DNA of 64,000 nt from assembly GCA_043812195.1 (NCBI GenBank), contig JBDRML010000016.1, forward strand, positions 75,780 through 139,779, written 5' to 3'. The notes under the pieces were generated by a model. The model made no database searches and was not told the origin of the DNA. It saw nothing but the letters and a program-made list of their open reading frames with translations. Both the position numbers and the translations under genes were made by a program. Each line of letters begins with the position of its first letter. Position 1 is the first letter of the stretch. Positions 10,338 through 18,198 of the stretch are shown one piece after another. The DNA comes from Candidatus Woesearchaeota archaeon (GTDB lineage: Archaea > Nanobdellota > Nanobdellia > SCGC-AAA011-G17 > PNOQ01).

Positions 10338-10376
10338 AAATAGATTATTAGATTCTCCTTTTTTAAATTTAACTAA

Positions 10377-12764
10377 TTACTTCCATGATATTTTCAACTT
10401 ATTCCCAAACGTTATTTGCTTTGCCCTACAAACAAATTTCAAATCTTCCAAGAAATCATTTATCTCTTTCTCATGTTTTTTATCTAAAACTAAAACAACT
10501 TCCTCTTTCAAAGATTTTTTATGTTTAGTCTTAAACTTTCTCACTTCAGATATAACTCCAACGCAATAATCTCCAACTTCTTCTAATTTATCATCAACTT
10601 TAATCTCTTCAGGCCACTCACTTAAATGAATACTTTTTAATTTCTCTTTCTTAACAAAATAATCTTGATAAATTTCCTCAGTTATATGTGGAACAATAGG
10701 CGCCATCATTTTCAAAATACTCAATAAAGAATTATACAATGTATACTGTCCAGATAATTTAGCATCTTCTCCTCTTTTATCAGGATTATACATTCTATCT
10801 TTAACTATTTCCAAATAATTATCACAAAAATCTTCCCAAAAAAACATCTCAACATGTTTCATAGCATTACTAGTATCATATTTATCAAAAGATTCAGTAG
10901 CTTTCTTAATCACTTTATTTAACTTTAATAATAACCAATTATCAAAAGCCTCTAACTTAATTTTCTTAGTCTGATAATCTTCTAATATATCAATACTAAA
11001 TTTAGATGCATTCCATAATTTAGTCAAAAATCGATTACCTGCAATTAAATCATTTTCCTGATAAGATAAATCCTCTCCAACTTTAGCACCACCAACCCAA
11101 TATCTAACTACATCAACACAATATTTCTCTAACAATTCATGACTCCACACAGCATTGCCTTTACTTTTATGCATACCTTTTCCTTCAGGATCTAACACAA
11201 AAGTTCCAATCATAACGTCTTTCCATGGAATACTCTTAAAATGTAAAAATGATTTCAAAATAGTATAAAATGCCCATGTTCTAATAATATCATGAGACTG
11301 AGGTCTTAAACTCATTGGAAAATTCTTTTTATAAAATGCCTTATTACCTAACCATTTCATAGCAACTTGAGGAGACATACTAGAAGTCATCCATGTATCC
11401 AATACATCACTATCAGCAACATAATTAATAGACCCACATTTACATTTCTTCTTAGGTTTAATCATTGTAGGATCAACAGGTAATTCTTTTTTATCAGCAA
11501 CTAAAGATTTTCCACAATCTACACAATACCAAACAGGAATAGGAACTCCATAAAATCTTTGTCTAGAAATACACCAATCCCATGCTAAATTCTTAGTCCA
11601 ATCATCATATCTAATCTTATAAAACCCAGGATACCAATTAATTTTTTCACCTTGCTTTAATAATTGATCTTTATACTTCAAAGTTTTAATAAACCATTGC
11701 TTTGAAACCAAATACTCAACAGGAGTTTCACATCTCCAGCAACAATTAACACTTTGAACAACCTTTTCTTGCTTAACCAACTTACCTTCTTTATTAAGTT
11801 TATTAATAATCTGTTCTCTTGCTCTTTGAAAAGTCAAACCCTCATACTCTCCAGCATTTTCATTCAATAAACCTTCTTCAGTAATAATAGATCTTAAAGG
11901 TAATTTATGTTCTTTCCACCATAAAATATCAGTCGTATCTCCAAATGTACAAACCATAACAATTCCAGAGCCAAATTTCATATCCACTTTAGAATCTTTC
12001 ATAATAGAAACTTTATGTCCATAAATAGGAACAATAGCATTTTTACCAATTAATTCTTTATACCTTTTATCATCAGGATGAACAAATATTCCAACACAAG
12101 CTGCAAAAAACTCTGGCCTTGTAGTTGCGATCTCTATTTTATTTCCATCCTCTAAATCAAAAGTAACATAATTTAATTTAGTTTCTCTCTCTTTACTTTC
12201 CAATTCAGCCTGTGCTAAAGAAGTCTGATGATAAGGACACCATAAACTAGGTTCTTTATTTCTATATAAATCTCCTTTTTCAAATAATTCAACAAAAGAT
12301 GTTTGTGCAACTTTCTGAGCATCTTCTCCAATTGTAGTATATAATAAATCCCAATCATAACTATGACCCATTTTCTTAAAAAATCTCTCAGCATATTCTT
12401 CCTCTACTTTCTTAGATTCTTCTAAACATAATTTTCTGAATTCAGCTCTTGATGTATCTCCCTTAGAAACTTTAAATTTCTCTTCAACATATTTTTCAGT
12501 TGGTAAACCATTATCATCAAATCCAGGAGCAAAATAAACATTAAAACCTTTCATTCTTTTGTACCTAGCAATAAGCTCAAATTGAGTATAATGTAAAGTA
12601 TGTCCAATATGTAAATGCCCGGATGAAGCATATGGCGGCGGAACATCTATAGAATAAACAGGTTTCTTACTCTTAAAATCAAATTTGAAGATTTTACTCT
12701 TCTCCCAAAACTCCTGCCATTTATTTTCAACAGATTTAGCATCATATATTTTGGATAGACTCAT
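10377..12764 (-). CDS. valS: Valine--tRNA ligase
   Basis: PPPYASSGHLHIGH, ATTRPE, WDWCISRQR, DVLDTW and GMHKSKGN motifs. Confidence 0.96.
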   Translation of the reverse strand: MSLSKIYDAKSVENKWQEFWEKSKIFKFDFKSKKPVYSIDVPPPYASSGHLHIGHTLHYTQFELIARYKRMKGFNVYFAPGFDDNGLPTEKYVEEKFKVSKGDTSRAEFRKLCLEESKKVEEEYAERFFKKMGHSYDWDLLYTTIGEDAQKVAQTSFVELFEKGDLYRNKEPSLWCPYHQTSLAQAELESKERETKLNYVTFDLEDGNKIEIATTRPEFFAACVGIFVHPDDKRYKELIGKNAIVPIYGHKVSIMKDSKVDMKFGSGIVMVCTFGDTTDILWWKEHKLPLRSIITEEGLLNENAGEYEGLTFQRAREQIINKLNKEGKLVKQEKVVQSVNCCWRCETPVEYLVSKQWFIKTLKYKDQLLKQGEKINWYPGFYKIRYDDWTKNLAWDWCISRQRFYGVPIPVWYCVDCGKSLVADKKELPVDPTMIKPKKKCKCGSINYVADSDVLDTWMTSSMSPQVAMKWLGNKAFYKKNFPMSLRPQSHDIIRTWAFYTILKSFLHFKSIPWKDVMIGTFVLDPEGKGMHKSKGNAVWSHELLEKYCVDVVRYWVGGAKVGEDLSYQENDLIAGNRFLTKLWNASKFSIDILEDYQTKKIKLEAFDNWLLLKLNKVIKKATESFDKYDTSNAMKHVEMFFWEDFCDNYLEIVKDRMYNPDKRGEDAKLSGQYTLYNSLLSILKMMAPIVPHITEEIYQDYFVKKEKLKSIHLSEWPEEIKVDDKLEEVGDYCVGVISEVRKFKTKHKKSLKEEVVLVLDKKHEKEINDFLEDLKFVCRAKQITFGNKLKISWK

Positions 12765-12815
12765 TATGCTTATGGCTGATAAGTATGTTTTTTAAAGCTT
12801 TTGGAAATGAATTAT

Positions 12816-13115
12816 TCATATATCTTTATCTTTAAGTCTCTTATTAATATCATTTATTTTATTTATAGTGTGATCCTTAAACTCTTCTAATCTACCAATC
12901 GAACCTTTCATAGGAAAAAGTATAGCAAGGATAAGAATTTGTAAAGTTAATAAAACACCAACAGTCCACATAACAATAGTTGCCATATCTGGGCTATGCC
13001 CTGTTAATTTTAATATTAACATATAAATAACAAACATAGAAAGCAAAACTGCAAGAATTGTTAGAATAATTATAATAAAATTATTTATTTTGTTTTTAAT
13101 CTTATTATTTACCAT
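12816..13115 (-). CDS. Small two-TM membrane protein
   Basis: Likely start MVNNKIK (13115); two hydrophobic helices and a charged tail. Confidence 0.6.
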   Translation of the reverse strand: MVNNKIKNKINNFIIIILTILAVLLSMFVIYMLILKLTGHSPDMATIVMWTVGVLLTLQILILAILFPMKGSIGRLEEFKDHTINKINDINKRLKDKDI

Positions 13116-13269
13116 AATCCACTCCTTAACAGATAAATTAAATACAAAACTAATAAAACAACCAGAATCCAAAATAAAAAATTTAGTTGACCTTTTTTTA
13201 ACATTATTAATAAAATTAGTTATCTTAACCTATTTAATCCTTTCGCCAAAAACCACATCAAAGAAAACA

Positions 13270-13277
13270 TTTAAAAA
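13270..13277 (+). promoter_or_regulatory. TATA box of tRNA-Phe
   Basis: TTTAAAAA preceded by a purine-rich BRE-like stretch, about 26-33 nt upstream of tRNA position 1. Confidence 0.55.
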
Positions 13278-13302
13278 GGAATTACACGCTAGCCAATTTA
13301 AT

Positions 13303-13433
13303 GGGCCCATAGCTCAACCTGAAAAGACATAGTTAAGTCTAATCTTTGGTTAAGGAGAGCACCAGATTTTCAGGTGAAACTGAAGTCCCAGGTCAGATAT
13401 CTGGCCATCCGGGTTCAAATCCCGGTGGGCCCA
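13303..13433 (+). tRNA. tRNA-Phe(GAA) with three introns (13322-13353, 13366-13378, 13386-13398)
   Basis: Acceptor GGGCCCA/TGGGCCC-A; T arm CCGGG-TTCAAAT-CCCGG. Removing three BHB introns gives D arm GCTC-AACCTGGGA-GAGC and anticodon arm CCAGA-CTGAAGA-TCTGG. A T-run follows. Confidence 0.92.
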
Positions 13434-13490
13434 CTTTTTTAAAACTTTCCAAAATATTTATAAACAACTAAAAACAAAATTAAGATATAA

Positions 13491-14039
13491 ATGAAAAACA
13501 AAAGTGGTGCAATTGAACTTTCTGTAACAACAATTATAGTTGTAGTAATTGGAATCACATTATTAACTTTAGGTTTAGTATGGGTTCAAAATATATTCAA
13601 AGACTTAGGAGAAGTTAGTGATAATAGCTTTGCAAGAGCAAAGCAATTAATTGAAGGGATAGAAAAAATAGACAAACCATTATCAATAATCCCAAGTCCA
13701 ATAGAAGTAGAACAAAATGGTGAAGAAGTAGCAATAGTAGTAATAGCTAATTTTGAACAAGAAACAAAAGTAGTAACTGTCGGCATGGTACAACCAGAAA
13801 ATGATGTTCTTTGTGGGTTCTTTGATGTTCTAAGTTCAAATAGAAAATTAAAAGCAGAAGCACCAAATAATCCTTATACTTTAGGTTCAGGAGAAAGAGT
13901 AGAAATAGCAATTGCAGTCAAAGGCAATGATGCTGATTTAGGACTAACAGGCTGTAATGTTCAATTAGTTGGAGACATACAACAAACTAAAACTTTAAAC
14001 GTAAGAGTAACACCAAAATCAAGTGGAATTTTCGGTTAA
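13491..14039 (+). CDS. Class III signal peptide (pilin-like) protein
   Basis: MKNKSG|AIELSVTTIIVVVIGITLL N-terminus followed by a beta-rich domain. Confidence 0.7.
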   Translation: MKNKSGAIELSVTTIIVVVIGITLLTLGLVWVQNIFKDLGEVSDNSFARAKQLIEGIEKIDKPLSIIPSPIEVEQNGEEVAIVVIANFEQETKVVTVGMVQPENDVLCGFFDVLSSNRKLKAEAPNNPYTLGSGERVEIAIAVKGNDADLGLTGCNVQLVGDIQQTKTLNVRVTPKSSGIFG

Positions 14040-14077
14040 AATCAAACTTAGTTTTGTTTACTAAGTCACAATTTATC

Positions 14078-15160
14078 TTATTTTGCTTTTTTAATTATCT
14101 TTTCTAATTCTACAATAAAATCTTCAGTATCAACAAAATAGTTAGGATATGCTTTTTCCAAATCTTTAGGAGTGTCTGTACCTACACGAACAACATCATA
14201 ATCATTTCTCCCTTTATGTCTTTTTTCTAATTCAGAATAATCTTTAATAGCTTGTTCTTCTTGTTTTTGAAGATATGTTTTAATACTTAATTTTCCCCCC
14301 AAAATATCTAATTCTAATAAAAAAAACTTTGCTTTTCCTTTCATCTTCTTTCTTACTTCTTCATTAAAAAATTTCATTGCATGTGCCCATCCTTCCATAC
14401 GATGAATAACTTCCAATTCTTTTGCCTTTTGTTTAATTTGAGAATACAATTTTTCTTTATTAATAGGGGTGTTATCCACAATTGGATAATTTTCCTTTAT
14501 AGCAAAAGCTGAACTTACTAATTTAAAGAAATCCGCCCAATCTGAAATTCCCTCATTAAACTTAATCGCTTGTCTTGTAAAAAAATCCACAGTTTCAACA
14601 GCAGTAGCCCAAAGATGTTGTAGTTTTGATCTTATCTGAACTTCAACACGTAACCCATTATAATCCGTCTTTCTCTTATCACTTTTATATTCATATATAA
14701 CATGAAAACTCCTATATCCATCTTTCTTAGGAGAATCAACATAATTTTTTTTCCCAACTCTTCTATGTTTTAAATTTCCTTTTAGATAATAATTGTTGTA
14801 AATTTTTTTAGCAATTTCTACATTTTTAACAATAGCCCTACATCCTGCAATATCTTGCATCTGCGATAATTGCATAGTTGGATTGCGCCCTTCATACTTT
14901 CTATTTAATTTATTAACAATTGATGTAGCTCTTTTAAGTCGTTGAGCAACCAAAGCATCCTTGTCACATTTTTTAGAAACATTTTTTAAAGTCATCTGAA
15001 AGATATGTAAAGGGTAACTATGTATGGCCCTCCAACTATTCAAAATTTCAGTAGCTTTAACCATATCTTCCTCCAAACTATTAGCATCTTTTAATATTCT
15101 TCCTGCTTTATTCAATTCATTTTTGTCATATCTTGGTTTTTTCCATGCCATACACATCAT
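14078..15160 (-). CDS. RelA/SpoT nucleotidyltransferase-domain protein (small alarmone synthetase-like)
   Basis: AQRLKRATSIVNKL, MQDIAGCR, GYRSFH and EVQIRSKLQHLWA synthetase motifs. Confidence 0.88.
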   Translation of the reverse strand: MMCMAWKKPRYDKNELNKAGRILKDANSLEEDMVKATEILNSWRAIHSYPLHIFQMTLKNVSKKCDKDALVAQRLKRATSIVNKLNRKYEGRNPTMQLSQMQDIAGCRAIVKNVEIAKKIYNNYYLKGNLKHRRVGKKNYVDSPKKDGYRSFHVIYEYKSDKRKTDYNGLRVEVQIRSKLQHLWATAVETVDFFTRQAIKFNEGISDWADFFKLVSSAFAIKENYPIVDNTPINKEKLYSQIKQKAKELEVIHRMEGWAHAMKFFNEEVRKKMKGKAKFFLLELDILGGKLSIKTYLQKQEEQAIKDYSELEKRHKGRNDYDVVRVGTDTPKDLEKAYPNYFVDTEDFIVELEKIIKKAK

Positions 15161-15189
15161 AAGAAATTAGAACTATTTAAATATATCTA

Positions 15190-15320
15190 TTTTGCGCGGT
15201 TAGTATTTTTAGAAGAATATTTTTATGCACTTTCTATTTATATACGACAAAAGATAATATTAAATTATAATACTTAGTTTTGCGCAGTTTAATCTTTAAT
15301 AAATGTAGATTTTGCGCAGT
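15190..15320. repeat. Three copies of TTTTGCGCRGT in the divergent intergenic region
   Basis: Copies start at 15190, 15278 and 15310; the GC-rich core stands out in an AT-rich background. Confidence 0.7.
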
Positions 15321-15454
15321 AATTGATTGAATCCAACAATTAGAAGAAAAAGCGATCTAGAAATAATTAAATTAGAATTTTAAATGCAAACCACCAGTCA
15401 AACATAGCAAACAAACCAAAAGCTTTTTAAAACCAATATTTCTGCCAATACTCT

Positions 15455-15859
15455 ATGAAAGCTTACGATATTAAAACAGACGAAGTAATTAAAAGAACAG
15501 CTGAAAAGCTAAAGAAAATAGAAGAAATAAAAGCACCAGAATGGTCTAAATTTGTAAAAACTAGTCCGGCAAGAGAAAGGCCTCCAGTAGAATTAGATTG
15601 GTGGTATGCAAGAACAGCATCAATTCTAAGAAAAATCCAATTATTAGGCCCAATAGGGACAAGTAAATTAAGTAAAAAATATGGTGGAAAAAAGAATAGA
15701 GGCCACAAACCAGAAAAATTCTTTAGAGGTTCAACTAAAATAATCAGAACAATATTACAACAATTAGAAAAAGCAGGTTTAACAGAACAAGCTCAAAAAG
15801 GAGCGCATAAAGGAAGAATAGCAACCAAAAAAGGATTATCATTATTAAACACAAAATAA
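15455..15859 (+). CDS. rps19e: 30S ribosomal protein S19e
   Basis: PEWSKFVKT, ERPP, WWYARTASILR and IIRTILQQLE motifs. Confidence 0.97.
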   Translation: MKAYDIKTDEVIKRTAEKLKKIEEIKAPEWSKFVKTSPARERPPVELDWWYARTASILRKIQLLGPIGTSKLSKKYGGKKNRGHKPEKFFRGSTKIIRTILQQLEKAGLTEQAQKGAHKGRIATKKGLSLLNTK

Positions 15860-15860
15860 A

Positions 15861-16034
15861 ATGGCCAGAAACATATCTACAGGTAAAAAAACCAGATTAG
15901 CAAAAAAAGGTAAACAAACTAGATGGGCACCTTTTTGGGTAGTTCCAAAAGCAGCAGGAGTTGGGAAAAAAATTCATCCATCAAGATTCACAGCAAAAAA
16001 AAGAAGCTGGAGAAGAACTAAAACTAAAGCATAA
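15861..16034 (+). CDS. rpl39e: 50S ribosomal protein L39e (below ORF-track cutoff)
   Basis: MARNISTGKKTRLAKKGKQTRWAPFWVVPK...KRSWRRTKTKA (57 aa), located between S19e and L31e. Confidence 0.92.
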   Translation: MARNISTGKKTRLAKKGKQTRWAPFWVVPKAAGVGKKIHPSRFTAKKRSWRRTKTKA

Positions 16035-16036
16035 AA

Positions 16037-16531
16037 ATGGTAATAGAAAGAATATACACAATTAATTTAAGAAGAGAATTCCAAAAAGCTCCAAAATATA
16101 AATACACGAGCAAAGCAATTAGAGCTTTAAAAGAATTTCTAAAAAAACATATGAAATCAGATAATGTAACTATAGGAAAATACCTTAATCAAGAAATCTG
16201 GAAAAATGGGCCTAAAAATCCTCCAGCAAAAGTTAATATTAAAGTAACAAAAGATGAAGATAAAATCTATGCAGAATTAGTTGGTGCACCAGAAGAAATA
16301 AAAATAGAACCTAAAGCTAAAAAAGTCAAACCAGGTAATTTAAAAGAAAAATTAGAACAAGCTATAAAAGCAAAACCAAAAGAAGAAATTAAAGAACCTA
16401 TAAAAAAAGATGAAGTTCCTAAGGCAGAAGAACTAGCTAAAAAGAAAGAAGAAACAAAAAAGAAAGTAACTAAAAAACCAGAAAAAGTTCCAACTGCAGC
16501 AGAATTAAAAGCAAAAAAGAAATCTAAATAG
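16037..16531 (+). CDS. rpl31e: 50S ribosomal protein L31e with Lys/Glu-rich C-terminal extension
   Basis: ERIYTINLR, KAIRALKEFLKKHMK and LNQEIWKNGPKNPP motifs. Confidence 0.95.
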   Translation: MVIERIYTINLRREFQKAPKYKYTSKAIRALKEFLKKHMKSDNVTIGKYLNQEIWKNGPKNPPAKVNIKVTKDEDKIYAELVGAPEEIKIEPKAKKVKPGNLKEKLEQAIKAKPKEEIKEPIKKDEVPKAEELAKKKEETKKKVTKKPEKVPTAAELKAKKKSK

Positions 16532-16714
16532 ATATTTTTTAAGATTTATCAATATTCCAAAATAAGAGGTTGGAGGAAAAAATGTCAAACAAAAGTTTAG
16601 ATTTGGTAAAAATATTAGTAAAAGAGTCATTTGGAAAAAGCCTGGAAACCAATGAATAATTCAGAAAAACTTAAATTTTACAAAGACATGATAAAAATAT
16701 TTGAGGAGGTAAAC

Positions 16715-17670
16715 ATGGAAGAAAAATTCCCATACGAAAAAATAAAAAGAAAAACATTGATAAAAAGAAAGGCAATTACAAACCCCAAATTTAAAGAAAA
16801 TAGAAATCCAATTGAATATGGAATTGTAAACATAAACAAATTCAGTGGTCCTACGAGCCACAATACTACAGACTACATGAAAAAAATATTGCACATTAAA
16901 AAAGCTGGTCATTCCGGGACCTTAGTGCTATAAAACAAGGAAATCCTGGTGTAACTGGCACTTTAGTAATAGCAATAAATGATGCAACAAGAGTAGTTCA
17001 AACCCTATTAAAAGGTGGAAAAGAATATATTTGCTTAATGCATATCCATAAACCAGTAGAAGAAAAAACAATAAGAGAAGTTATGGATAAATTCATAGGA
17101 AGCTTAACACAAAAGCCACCAGTAAGATCAGCAGTTAAAAGGGTAGAAAGACAAAGAGATATTTATTATTTAAATATTTTAGAAATAGATAAACAAGATG
17201 TTCTTTTCAAAGTTGGATGTCAAGCAGGAACTTACATCAGAAAACTATGTGACCAAATTGGAAGGAAATTGGGAACAGGTGCAAACATGACTCAATTAGT
17301 AAGAACAAGAGTAGGGCCTTTTAATTATAAAGACTCAAAAACACTTCACGAAATAAAAGATGCATTTGAAGAAAAAAAATTAGATAAAATTATTCTCCCA
17401 GTAGAATCAGCAATTCAACACTTACCAAAGATTTGGATAACAGACACAACAGTAGATCCTGTTTGTCATGGTTCAGATTTAGCAATTCCAGGAATTTCAA
17501 AACTAGAATCAAACATAAATGAAGATGACACAGTTGCAATCCTAACATTAAAAGATGAATTAGTCTGTTTAGGCATAGCAAAACTAACAGACAAAAAAAT
17601 AATGGAAAATGAAAAAGGAATTGCAGTAAAAACAAAAAAAGTTTTCATGATAAGAGGAACTTACAAATAA
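16715..17670 (+). CDS. cbf5: H/ACA RNA-guided pseudouridine synthase Cbf5; two exons, join(16715..16925,16943..17670), 312 aa
   Basis: SD GGAGGT at 16705. NKFSGPTSH, then KAGHSGTL[D]PGVTG restored by splicing, KEYICLM, QKPPVRSAVKR, CQAGTYIRKLC and a C-terminal PUA domain. Confidence 0.93.
16926..16942 (+). other. 17-nt BHB pre-mRNA intron in cbf5
   Basis: GGA-CCTT-AG|T-G...C-AAGG-AA|A-TCC forms helix-bulge3-helix4-bulge3-helix. Excision rebuilds G|AT (Asp) and the reading frame. Confidence 0.9.
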
Positions 17671-17772
17671 ATTAATAAAATTCAACTTCTCCGTGGTTAC
17701 ACAATGTTTAAATAAGAAAAAACTCAAAATTAAATTAACATAGTTATAAAATTCAAAAGGAGGTAAAACTTA

Positions 17773-18123
17773 ATGGCAAAAAAAGGTAGAACTCCATGGG
17801 ACAAATGGTCATTTAATCTGGCATGGATATTAGCAGTCCTTTTAGCATTAGGTGGATCATTCGGATTAGCATTTACATCCGGAAGTTGGTGGCCACTAAT
17901 ATTGTTAATCTTAGGACTGGTAGTTGGTTTCATGCATTCATTAAAAGACGTTACACCAATGGTATTACTAGTATTAGCAGTTGCTATATTTGGAACATCA
18001 AGCCTAGCATTAATTCCATGGCTCGGAATTTTCGTTGCAACCGCAATAGCTCAGTTTATGGCATTCTTAACCCCTGCAGCATTAGTAATAGCACTAAGAA
18101 AGGTCTTTGAGATAATGAAATAA
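17773..18123 (+). CDS. Small 4-TM membrane protein
   Basis: SD GGAGGT upstream; highly hydrophobic 116 aa. Confidence 0.75.
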   Translation: MAKKGRTPWDKWSFNLAWILAVLLALGGSFGLAFTSGSWWPLILLILGLVVGFMHSLKDVTPMVLLVLAVAIFGTSSLALIPWLGIFVATAIAQFMAFLTPAALVIALRKVFEIMK

Positions 18124-18198
18124 ATTTCCATTTTTATTTTTTTATTTTTAATTCTAAAAAAGAAAGATTTTAATACTGATTAAGAAAGTTATCAAAGT

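Noticed and set aside
13090-13332. 80-aa plus-strand ORF overlapping the tRNA 5' end
   Set aside because: It spans the promoter and tRNA and has no protein features; spurious.
13362-13404. Reading the tRNA as tRNA-Glu(TTC) with a single 26-nt canonical intron
   Set aside because: Those junctions do not form a BHB. Two 13-nt introns each give a proper 4-bp BHB helix and restore the classic Phe arm CCAGA-CTGAAGA-TCTGG.
16631-17670. cbf5 as a frameshifted pseudogene or two separate genes
   Set aside because: The 17-nt insert has BHB junctions exactly at the catalytic Asp codon, and both halves are otherwise intact.
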